A stretch of 52,195 nt of DNA from Macrostomum lignano (Eukaryota). The DNA lies in assembly GCA_002269645.1 (NCBI GenBank), contig NIVC01001766.1, forward strand, positions 1 through 52,195, written 5' to 3'. Positions 35,294 to 44,351 of the stretch are shown one piece after another. The position numbers and the translations under genes are program-made. Position 1 is the first letter of the stretch, and each line of letters opens with the position of its first letter. Under the pieces are notes generated by a model. The model did not search any database, was not told the origin of the DNA, and saw only the letters and a list, made by a program, of their open reading frames with translations.

Positions 35294-35685
35294 TCAAAGT
35301 TCGACAGCAACAAACAAGCGCCCAGCTAGCAGAGCGGCCAGAATGAGGCCGACAGTGCTCAAAGCGCTTGGCGCCAAGCCGGCAGCCCCGGCCGAGAATG
35401 TCCGGTAGAGCGTCCTCGGCGTGCCTGGCCGGTTGCCCGGGTTCAGCGGCAGCGGTGGCCGGAAGTTGTTCACCATGCTACTGTTGTCGGAGTAGTGCAG
35501 GCGGCGTAGCATCTGCAGCTGTCTGGCGCTGATGGGTACAGCCTGGCGGTACACTGTCCACAGCACCGACTCGTAGCAGACTGGAGTCGTCAGGCTGCCG
35601 TCATAGCGGAAGAACTCGTCCTGGTTGCTCGGCAGGAATGTGCTGAACATGTTGAAATCGGTCCTGGCTGCTACCTCAGCGGCAC
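35294..35685 (-). CDS. Alpha-carbonic anhydrase exon 3 (active-site Thr loop, GPI-type hydrophobic tail)
   Basis: AAACAG acceptor; FFRYDGSLTTPVCYESVLWTV, QLQMLR, NNFRP, hydrophobic C-terminus. Three exons total 996 nt (331 aa). Confidence 0.95.
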
Positions 35686-35723
35686 CTGTTTAAGGGCGGA
35701 TGGAATAATGTGAAATATTCTTG

Positions 35724-36230
35724 TTTTTATTAGAGGCAGGGGGCTGTCAACAGCACATTCCTGCCAAATTGCTGCCTATTCCGCCGAATACCTTGAGTCA
35801 TACGCACAGGCACACACTCACACAGGAGTGTACAGCAGCCCTAACTTTATTTATCGTTAGGCATGTACACCTCACTGTGCCTTGGGGGTTGGCCCTCAAG
35901 GGCCCCCACAAGCCGAGAATCCAATTTAGCTTCAATAGATTACACCTGCCCTAATTGGGACAGATGTGCAACCGACAGCTCAGCCGCAGCTATTGCGCGG
36001 CGCATCTGAAGGCTGAGTACGGCTGTTCAGTCCGCTGACTGGGGGGTCGCCACACACCCTCAATTACCCCAGCTAATGCTGGCACCCATTTTACAGCTGG
36101 GTGGACTGAAGCAATGCAGAGTTAAGTTCTTGCTCAAGAACACACATTATTGTTCCAGTGGGACCGGGAATCGAACCCACGACCTTCAAGTCGTAAGTCC
36201 GACGCTCTAAGCCACTAGGCTACGCCTCCC
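35724..36230 (-). mobile_element. tRNA-derived SINE A (tRNA-like head, CORE-like centre, shared 3' tail)
   Basis: Head GCGTAGCCTAGTGG...GGTTCGATTCCCGG (A and B boxes, 36160-36225), then TGTGTTCTTGAGCAAGAACTTAAC...CCACCCAGCTGTAAAATGGGT; tail ends CTCTAATAAAAA. Confidence 0.75.
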
Positions 36231-36520
36231 TTACATGTATGTCTGTACAGTTGCTAATTAAACTAATCGAATATCATATCATTTTCTGAGGTCTGTGGGC
36301 AAACTGCATGCTTCAACGCCTTCGGAGACCTCCTCCTCCCACAACCAGCAGCGCTGGGGCAATTCTGCCCATTCCACTGACTCCATGTCCTTGTCCATGT
36401 CCATGATAAATCATAAAAAGCAATTCACCAAAAGTTTTTAATAATTTGCACGCATTCTAATGCATACAGTCGGCACCAAAAACTCGGAGAAAAGTCTATT
36501 TCCTAGAAGCAATTATTATT

Positions 36521-36875
36521 TTTTTATTAGAGGCAGGGGGGTTGTGTGCACCCTGGCGCACTTTAAGCGACATAGGCACACAACCGGCGAGAGGCATTAC
36601 TGCCCATTCCGCCGACTTCCCTGAGCAGGCATACAAGCGCGCGGATACGTACGCAGGCACACACTCACACAGGAGTGTACAGCGGCCCTAACTTTATTTT
36701 ATCGTTAGGCATGTACACTTCACTGCGCCTTGGGGGTTTGGCTCTCAAGGCCGTTAATTGCACGAGCAGAGCCAAGCCGAGATTCCAATTCAGCCCAAAT
36801 TAATGTGACTGCACTTGGAATCGAGCCTGGGTCGCTGGCACACCAGACAGCAGCGCTACCGCTGGGCTACGCCCC
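36521..36875 (-). mobile_element. tRNA-derived SINE B (different head, same 3' tail as SINE A)
   Basis: A box TAGCCCAGCGG and B box GGCTCGATTCC (36817-36827); about 230-bp tail closely similar to 35724-35945. Confidence 0.7.
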
Positions 36876-37101
36876 CCCCCCCCTACGCAATTAACTGCTT
36901 TCCTGTCCCCTATTCGCTTGGTCAGGAAATTGAAGAAGTTTGCGAATTTTCTTTGTTGCTTTCTGTATGCCTCACTTAGCAGAGGAATGTTAGCCTGCCG
37001 TTGATGGCTGGGAAACAAAGTCCGCTTCTAACTTCTTTTTTGGCACCAAGGAAATGCTTTGAGTCTTCGCGCTTTTTCTATGCCCATGCTTGTCCTATGC
37101 T

Positions 37102-38043
37102 GCAGATTGACATTCCCCAACCCTATCCTATGGTGCAGATAGACATTCCCCAACCCTATCCTATGGCACAGATAGACATTCCCCAACCCTATCCTATGGT
37201 ACAGATAGACATTCCCCAACCCTATCCTATGGCACAGATAGACATTCCCCAACCCTACCCTATGGCACAGATAGACATTCCCCAACCCTATCCTATGGTA
37301 CAGATAGACATTCCCCAACCCTATCCTATGGCACAGATAGACATTCCCCAACCCTACCCTATGGCACAGATAGACATTCCCCAACCCTATCCTATGGCAC
37401 AGATAGACATTCCCCAACCCTACCCTATGGCACAGATAGACATTCCCCAACCCTATCCTATGGCACAGATAGACATTCCCCAACCCTATCCTATGGCACA
37501 GATAGACATTCCCCAACCCTACCCTATGGCACAGATAGACATTCCCCAACCCTATCCTATGGTACAGATAGACATTCCCCAACCCTATCCTATGGCACAG
37601 ATAGACATTCCCCAACCCTACCCTATGGCACAGATAGACATTCCCCAACCCTATCCTATGGCACAGATAGACATTCCCCAACCCTACCCTATGGCACAGA
37701 TAGACATTCCCCAACCCTATCCTATGGCACAGATAGACATTCCCCAACCCTACCCTATGGCACAGATAGACATTCCCCAACCCTACCCTATGGCACAGAT
37801 AGACATTCCCCAACCCTATCCTATGGCACAGATAGACATTCCCCAACCCTACCCTATGGCACAGATAGACATTCCCCAACCCTATCCTATGGCACAGATA
37901 GACATTCCCCAACCCTACCTATGGCACAGATAGACATTCCCCAACCCTACCCTATGGCACAGATAGACATTCCCCAACCCTATCCTATGGCACAGATAGA
38001 CATTCCCCAACCCTACCCTATGGCACAGATAGACATTCCCCAA
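37102..38043. repeat. 33-bp minisatellite (CAGATAGACATTCCCCAACCCTATCCTATGGCA)n, about 28 copies
   Basis: In carbonic anhydrase intron 2; 11-aa periodic ORFs reflect the 33-bp unit. Confidence 0.97.
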
Positions 38044-38060
38044 ATGACACGCAGACTCAC

Positions 38061-38412
38061 CGCCCATATTAATCAGCGTGTCATTTGCCAGAGCCTTTTC
38101 AAGGTCTTTAAACAGAGGATTATCGGTGGCCGACACTTCGTAGAAAACGCCCAGCACCGCCAGGCCATTGGGCCGACTGGCTGCCATGCTGATATTGGCA
38201 TAATCTTTGGAATTGTAGAACACCAGGTGACCTTCGGCTGCGTAAGATTTCTTATCCAAGGTGTGCTCGGAACCCTGCTGATCAGAGCTGCCCCAGTGCC
38301 AGTGCAGCTGAGCAGCTGTGTACATCTGGTCCGCGGCAGTCTGGCCCATTGTGATTGATAGCTCGGGCGACCAGTTCAATTCGATTTTGTGACCGTCGTT
38401 TTTCAGCGTGAA
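38061..38412 (-). CDS. Alpha-carbonic anhydrase exon 2 (zinc ligands)
   Basis: CCAG acceptor; FTLKNDGHKIEL, QLHWHWG, GSEH, EGHLVFY, GLAVLGVF; G|GTGAGT donor. All three Zn-binding His present. Confidence 0.96.
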
Positions 38413-38443
38413 CTGGAGTTGATATTGAATTATAGATTTAATA

Positions 38444-39118
38444 GAAAATAGGAGAGGAGAGGGGAGAGAAGAGGGGGAGGAGAGGGGGAGAGAAGAGGGG
38501 GAGAGAAGAGGAGGAGAGAAGAGGGGGAGAAGAGAGGGAGAGGGGGAGAAGAGAGGGAGAGGGGGAGAAGAGGGGAGAGAAGAGGAGGAGAGAAGAGGGG
38601 GAGAAGAGAGGGAGAGGGGGAGAAGAGAGGGAGAGGGGGAGAAGAGAGGGGGAGAAGAAGGGAAGAAGAGGGGAAGAAGAGGGGGAGAAGAGAGGGAGAG
38701 GGGAAGAGAGGGAGAGGGGGAGAAGAGGGGAGAAGAGAGGGAGAAGGGGAGAAGAGGGGGAGAAGAGGGGGGAGAAGAGGGGGAGAAGAGAGGGAGAGAA
38801 GAGGGGGAGAAAAGAAGGAAACAATAGGGGAAGAACGGGGAGAGAAGAGGGGGAGAGAAGAGGGGAGAAGAGAGGGAGAGGGGAGAAGATAGGGAGAAGA
38901 GAGGGAGAAGAAGGGGAGAAGAGGGGGAGAAGAAGGGGAGAAGAGAGGGAGAAGAGGGGAGAAGAGGGGAAGATAAGAGAAGGAGATAAGAGGGGGAGAA
39001 GAAATAGAAAAGGGGGGAGAAAATGGGGAGAAGAGAAGAGAGAAGAGGGGAAGAAGAGAAGAGGGGGGAAGAGAGGAGAGAAGAGGGGTAGAAGAGGGAG
39101 AGAAGAGAGGGAGAATAG
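38444..39118. repeat. Low-complexity G/A (polypurine) tract
   Basis: About 670 bp almost entirely G and A; fills most of carbonic anhydrase intron 1. Confidence 0.95.
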
Positions 39119-39183
39119 ATTATGCATGCATAAATACATAATCAATAGATCGGCCCAGCCCCCAGTATCCCGCTCCGCTCCAC

Positions 39184-39435
39184 CTTAACGCCAGCCGCAA
39201 TGGATGACTGGTGGAACACGTATTTCCTAATCAGCGAGCTCTGCAGCGCAGTCTGCGTGCTCAAATCGATGGGGCTCTGTTTGTCTCCGGCGCAGAATTC
39301 CGGAAACAACTCGGCCCATCGGTTCGGTCCGTTCTTGCCGTAATCCCAGCCGCCAGCCGCCAAACTCGCTTGCAGTTGGGCAGCAACCAACAGCGACAGC
39401 ATGGTGACCCAGGATTTGCTTCCAGCAGATGCCAT
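39184..39435 (-). CDS. Alpha-carbonic anhydrase exon 1 (signal peptide)
   Basis: MASAGSKSWVTMLSLLVAAQLQASLAAGGWDY...GPNRW...CAGDKQSPIDL; AAG|GTGGAG donor, phase 0 matches exon 2. Confidence 0.92.
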
Positions 39436-40287
39436 TGTCTGCAAATAAGTGAGACAGACTACTGGATGAATATTATAAATCAACAGAAAAACCACAAGTG
39501 ACTTCATTAACAACAACAGTCACCCACAGCGCGCAGGAGCTGCGTGTAAGGGTTAAAAAAATCTAGTACGAAGCGACCTGCTTTATTGTGTTCACCATTA
39601 CTTGGTAAGTATTTTTCTAGAGTTTTTAAAAAATCTGCCGATGTCAAGCTCCACAATCAGTAAATTATTTAATTAGCATTAATTGCATGGCGAAAGGGGT
39701 CTAAACAAGTCATGATTTTTATCCAAGGACCATTGATATTTTAAGCTAGGGTCGTTGCACTATTACATGCATGTTATGTATAGTGTATTATATAATTTTT
39801 GTGACAGTTTATTGTATAAATTCGTGTGCATAGCCTAGAATTGGAAACAATTTATAGTGTTAAATAAATAGAAAGTAAGTTACACATAGTAATAGAAAAG
39901 TATAACTAAAAAACAGTAAGAAATACAGATAGGCGACAAATTTATGTCTTTTCAAATTGTAGAAAATAATTTTAGTTCTTGGTGTAGCCACAGTTGGAGT
40001 AAAGCCGAGAGAAAATTTGTGGCAGAATGTCCATAGACTTTCGTGCCATGAGAGTCTAAAACACTGCATGACATGAGAAGCCTTGCTGTGAAGTTTCAGG
40101 GGTTGATTTGTCTATGACCAGACCTCAAAATAGAGAGCTCCAACTGTAACCTCACCAAAAATTAAACAAAAAACCTGAATTTGTCCCCCATTTGTCAAAA
40201 CAAGAATTCTGGTGCACCAATCGGTTTTAAAGTAACTCGGATATTATTGCACCTTCAACAGAACTGCTTACAGCACAGTAGCCCATT

Positions 40288-41979
40288 TTACAGATGCCGC
40301 GAGCTGTACACCGTGATGCACCTGAGCAAACGCCGAGCATACTCCGGATGAGTTGCATCCACCTTGAAGCGTTGACTCCACATGTCGCTGAAGTCGCGAT
40401 GTGCCGACTCCATCGCCTGCTCAGACCAAAACCCAAGGCCTCGGCGACACCCATATTGTACTGCCATCGCTTCCAAAAACTGCGGCACGTGGTCAATGAG
40501 GGCATGGGCCTTCGGAGTGATGTTGATGGCCAGAGCGTGGTATGCCGCCTCGAACTCTTTGACTGCTGTATCGTAGCCTTCAAGCAGTTGTTGGCCGAAG
40601 CACTTCTGCTGGACAGCTCGCAGGCAGCTGAATGCATGGGCGACAGGCACTCCGCTGAAGGCAGCGTGGTCAGCGAGGATCTGGCGCAGGCTGTCGACTC
40701 CACCAAGCAGTCGGTCGCACTCATTGCCATTGAACTGGCTGCCATGATACGGTGAGCGCCGTACGTGAAGAGCCTCAGCCCACTGTGCAGCACGGACTCC
40801 GTCGGGACCCAATGCTGTCAGGCGCTGCTCAAGCTCGTCGTACAGCCTGTTGACAAGGCCTAGCAGCAGGTGGAGCTCCATGGGTGGCACGGCTTCTAGC
40901 GTGTTTGAACTGTCTGGCCAATTCAGCAGTGGTTGCCTGATGCAGTTGTGGAATGGCTCTCCTGATGGCTTTGAGCTTCGTTGCCCCTCGATGCGCTGAT
41001 ACTGGGCAGCTTGGCTGCGAATAGAGCCAAAAGTCCGCAATCTGACACTGCGATGGGGATTGGCGAACTCTTTTCGAGGCGTCTCGCACCACGGGCAGGG
41101 ATGGGCGCTGCTGGCGCTCTGCAGTCCAAGAAGCACATTTGCAAGTTTCATGTCCACGGAGCTGCAGAAAGACACGTCTTCTAGGTTCAGCAGATTTAGC
41201 ACAGTTTGCACGTTCTCATAGTACTCCGGTACTTTTTCAACTGCTGCGATAATTAATAGCTTCTTTACACCACCTTCGGCAAAAGGGCTGCTGCCGGCCT
41301 CGGTGACACCGCCTAGTAGAACAGATGACTGCTCCCCGGACCGGACCAATGTCATGCAAACTTTAAAAAAGCCGCGTCCTCCATCAATACCAATCTTAAG
41401 TAGGAAGCTGCCAGGATCAGGATCCATTCTCCGCCGTGCCAGCACGTAGCCCACCAAGCCAGAGACGTTGGAGCAGAACACAACAGTCCGCGTTTCAAAT
41501 TCGCCCGTGCTGCAACGGACTTGGACTGACTCTGTTGCATAAAATGGATCCAACTCGCTATTCAATTCTGCCAGGCGATGCAGGAGGTTTGGCTCGATCG
41601 AACTGCGACCCTTCCACTCACGGAAGAACTGGGCCGCCTGTCTGGTTTGCCGACCACTCAAACCGATCGCATCCTGCATCCTGGCAATCTCACTAGCCGG
41701 CACTGATATGTCACCACCCGCGGAGCACCTGCTACTCTGAGCGGACACGCTTAGCGTGATTGGGCGGCCTCGAGTTGCCAGCCGAATAGGCGAATCGCCA
41801 CCTGCGTCTGTTAACTTGGCTTTGAGGACGTCACTAGCATGAATTTCTGAACCACGCGGATCACGTGACAGCTCAGAGCAGATGTTATTTAGCCAGCGAG
41901 ATTGCGTACAGGTGTGGCTAAGACCCCTGCCAATGGTGGAGTGACATCTCTGGCAGATGGTGATGGGACGAGCAGGTGG
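40288..41979 (-). CDS. Transib/Chapaev-related (RAG1-like) DDE transposase, 5'-truncated
   Basis: Frame open from 41979 (PPARPITICQRCHSTIGRGLSHTC...LATRGRP) through GIDGG, VDMKLANVLLGLQSASSAHPCPWCE, ELHLLLG, FNGN, TPKAH..IDH, SEQAMESAH. No ATG before the viral terminus. Element ends not identified. Confidence 0.8.
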   Translation of the reverse strand, partial: PPARPITICQRCHSTIGRGLSHTCTQSRWLNNICSELSRDPRGSEIHASDVLKAKLTDAGGDSPIRLATRGRPITLSVSAQSSRCSAGGDISVPASEIARMQDAIGLSGRQTRQAAQFFREWKGRSSIEPNLLHRLAELNSELDPFYATESVQVRCSTGEFETRTVVFCSNVSGLVGYVLARRRMDPDPGSFLLKIGIDGGRGFFKVCMTLVRSGEQSSVLLGGVTEAGSSPFAEGGVKKLLIIAAVEKVPEYYENVQTVLNLLNLEDVSFCSSVDMKLANVLLGLQSASSAHPCPWCETPRKEFANPHRSVRLRTFGSIRSQAAQYQRIEGQRSSKPSGEPFHNCIRQPLLNWPDSSNTLEAVPPMELHLLLGLVNRLYDELEQRLTALGPDGVRAAQWAEALHVRRSPYHGSQFNGNECDRLLGGVDSLRQILADHAAFSGVPVAHAFSCLRAVQQKCFGQQLLEGYDTAVKEFEAAYHALAINITPKAHALIDHVPQFLEAMAVQYGCRRGLGFWSEQAMESAHRDFSDMWSQRFKVDATHPEYARRLLRCITVYSSRHL

Positions 41980-42303
41980 CAGTAGTATATAAAAAGACGC
42001 TTCTAGACCCAGAGCACTTTTTTAATGACCGTTTTAAGGGTCTAGAGGGGGGACACGGGGGGTAAATAAAAAAACACATCTAAACACCATTAATACATCT
42101 AATCACCCATAATCACCCCTAACAATAAAAATCATTCCCAACACTTCCAAACACTCCCCAACACCCCCTCGCGTCCCCCCTCTTAAGACCTTAAAAACGG
42201 CCATTAAAATAAGGTCTGATCTGTAAGCGTCTTTTTCTATACTACTACTCTATAACCCCTTGCCCGCGCCGCAGGCGCGAAGGGTCTTTTTCTGTTACTA
42301 AAA

Positions 42304-42618
42304 ATGACCCGAGTTTACACCTTTTCTGTTAGTGATACTTTTGAGACTGTTGCTAAAAATGCAGAGATAATAAAACAACATATTTTGAATGGAATAATTG
42401 ATGAAGTTTATTTAAAATATGACGACAAGCATGACCTAAAGCTTTATCCATTAGAGCTAGATGAGATGTATGATTTAGAACAAGAGGGTGAGTTAATATT
42501 TCAACTTGGAGATTATTTAAATTCGGATGATTGGGAGGTTAGATCAACAGATTCCGAATCAACAAATAGTTCATATGAAACCAGTGATTCAGAGAATGAA
42601 AGTGAAATTTTTATGTGA
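42304..42618 (+). CDS. Viral hypothetical acidic protein, 104 aa
   Basis: AAAAATG start context shared with other viral genes; no recognisable domain. Confidence 0.6.
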   Translation: MTRVYTFSVSDTFETVAKNAEIIKQHILNGIIDEVYLKYDDKHDLKLYPLELDEMYDLEQEGELIFQLGDYLNSDDWEVRSTDSESTNSSYETSDSENESEIFM

Positions 42619-42634
42619 AAAAAATATTTAAAAA

Positions 42635-42859
42635 ATGAACTATTATTCTATAACAGAAACGACGTTTATTATGAAAAATATATATAAAAAAATGAAGGTA
42701 AATTATTCCTACATCGGAAATGTTCCAATTAATGAACTTAATGAAAATTTAAGTTTGATAACAGTTGAACAAATGTCAATAATAATATTAGTAACAATAA
42801 TAGTAATAATATTGTTTTTGTTTGTAATAAAAAATTTACTACCATGTTGTCTTAAGTAA
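42635..42859 (+). CDS. Viral small membrane protein, 74 aa
   Basis: Hydrophobic helix IIILVTIIVIILFLFVI followed by KNLLPCCLK; AAAAAATG context. The true start may be a later Met. Confidence 0.55.
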   Translation: MNYYSITETTFIMKNIYKKMKVNYSYIGNVPINELNENLSLITVEQMSIIILVTIIVIILFLFVIKNLLPCCLK

Positions 42860-42869
42860 CTGTTTGAAC

Positions 42870-44018
42870 TTAGTTCGCAGACATTATCTGGTTCTCATAA
42901 AAAGAACCCAATATTTCTTCACCATCCTTATCAGCAATTATATAGGTTGTAGGATTTGTATTTAAAACTTTACTGATGGTAAATTTCTCACTTATTTTCC
43001 AATATCCTTTTCTTCCCTTTTCAAACTTATCTTTCCATTTATAGATATAAACAGAATCACCAACCTTAAAACCTTTAGTTTTCTTTTTTTCAAAATCTCC
43101 AAAAGTAACCCTAACATTTTCAGGATTGTTATAAGCTTGTTGAGGAGTCATCTTTATCGCCGAATGATATGAATTGTTATAATCTTTCACTACGTCTGGT
43201 AATATTTTTACCCATTTTTGGTTACCATTAAGACTAAACTGAAACCATAATTTCTTACCTAAAGTTCTATTAAATCTTTCTATTAATGCGTTTTTACTCT
43301 CTCCATAAATAGAATAAATTTTATTAATATACTCCCCATTCGCGTCCTTTTTCCTTTCTTGTCCTTTTTCAAAATGATACAATTTATACATGTGAGGATT
43401 GTAAAATTCTTTTCCTTCGTCAACACACAACCTTTCACTTTTTTCTCCAAGACTTCTAAAAGCAGCAGCAACCTCCTCTCCCTTTTTGGATTTTAAAGGA
43501 ACAGCCCACGCGTATCGAGTAAAACCATCTAATATGGTTAAGATATATTTATATCCTCTTTCGTTCGGCATCGACATTAAATCAGCATACCAAATTTCAT
43601 TCTTTTTGAAGTTCATGATTTTTCTATAAAATTTAGGTTTTCGATATTCTTTATGAAGAATCTTTGCCTCATCAGAACTTAACCCGCCGCCACTTAACAA
43701 CAAACACTCAACACAATTATTTCCATGTTGATTATAATTAATTCCCAAACCAAATTTAACTTTAGACTGCAAGATCTTTTTAACCATCCACCTAGTTAAT
43801 TTTTGACCTACCGATAATCCCTGCAAGTTATCTAATCCTTGAATCATTTTTTGATCGGCTTCATGTTTTAATCTTAATGCTTCCTCGGGTGTGTTCTTAT
43901 CAGCATCTCTGTATGCTAAGTCATGATAGTATGCTAACCAATCAATTCCATTTATGGGAATTGAATCGGCTTTTGGGGTGTCATCAGGATTTAATCTCAA
44001 ATCTAAGCGAGTGCCGGG
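42870..44018 (-). CDS. PLA2-integrase fusion protein, exon 2 (PLA2 catalytic region and rve DDE integrase)
   Basis: PGTRL...DWLAYYHDLAY (parvovirus-type PLA2 HD motif), then WYADL, LCVDEGKEF, IERFNRTL, YNNSYHSAIKMTP, FKVGDSV: Polinton-type integrase. Confidence 0.92.
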   Translation of the reverse strand, partial: PGTRLDLRLNPDDTPKADSIPINGIDWLAYYHDLAYRDADKNTPEEALRLKHEADQKMIQGLDNLQGLSVGQKLTRWMVKKILQSKVKFGLGINYNQHGNNCVECLLLSGGGLSSDEAKILHKEYRKPKFYRKIMNFKKNEIWYADLMSMPNERGYKYILTILDGFTRYAWAVPLKSKKGEEVAAAFRSLGEKSERLCVDEGKEFYNPHMYKLYHFEKGQERKKDANGEYINKIYSIYGESKNALIERFNRTLGKKLWFQFSLNGNQKWVKILPDVVKDYNNSYHSAIKMTPQQAYNNPENVRVTFGDFEKKKTKGFKVGDSVYIYKWKDKFEKGRKGYWKISEKFTISKVLNTNPTTYIIADKDGEEILGSFYENQIMSAN

Positions 44019-44351
44019 TAGTTTACCCTCAATCTTTCGAAAGAGGCTGGAGCACACCTTAAGCGGCGATAATTACCGCCCATCTCCGTCTGCTCTCTGA
44101 ACCTTCTCCTTATATTTAAAATACTTAGGAGCTTGGCTGCGCATTGCCACCGTGTCTTCAAGCTTTTTACCATCGAACCATAGGTTCGCGGACGAAGTCC
44201 GATTGGGAAGAGGAGTTACCTCTGTTCCTTCAAAAGATTTCTCAATTGAAGTGGTACTTGAAGCTGTATGACGGGTTTCACGCAATTTGGAGATGTCGCC
44301 ACAAATAGTGACTAGCAAGGACATTGCCTTCCTCACTCAGGCCACGGGTTA
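44019..44351 (-). ncRNA. Group I intron, subgroup IC1-like, 333 nt, no internal ORF
   Basis: P AAAUUGCGUGAAA (44276-44288), Q AAUGCGCAGCCAAG (44132-44145), R GGUUCAGAGAGCA (44091-44103), S UUAAGGUGUGCUCC (44049-44062). P3 CAUCUCC/GGAGAUG, P7 GAGCA/UGCUC, P1 with U.G wobble and P5abc all pair by hand. Removal restores NFTG|PGTRL in frame. Confidence 0.9.

Noticed and set aside
36160-36225. Functional tRNA-Val gene
   Set aside because: Acceptor and anticodon stems are mispaired, there is no Pol III T-run terminator, and it continues into SINE body sequence.
37001-37933. 310-aa QIDIPQPYPMA repeat protein and antisense counterpart
   Set aside because: 33-bp minisatellite inside a well-supported carbonic anhydrase intron; almost no synonymous variation pattern.
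41981-42249. A stand-alone 269-bp mini-Polinton
   Set aside because: Left flank GGTGGC is not duplicated after ACTACT, so there is no TSD; treated as part of the terminus.
42870-44057. ORF-track start (MCSSLFRKIEGKL) for the integrase
   Set aside because: These codons are the 3' end of the intron (S element and P9); the real start is ATG 44477.
44019-44351. The 333-nt insert as a piggyBac MITE or a spliceosomal intron
   Set aside because: TTAA-CCC occurs at one end only, with no TIR or TTAA duplication. GT-AG combinations from the CAG|GT site give stops. The group I fold explains both boundaries.
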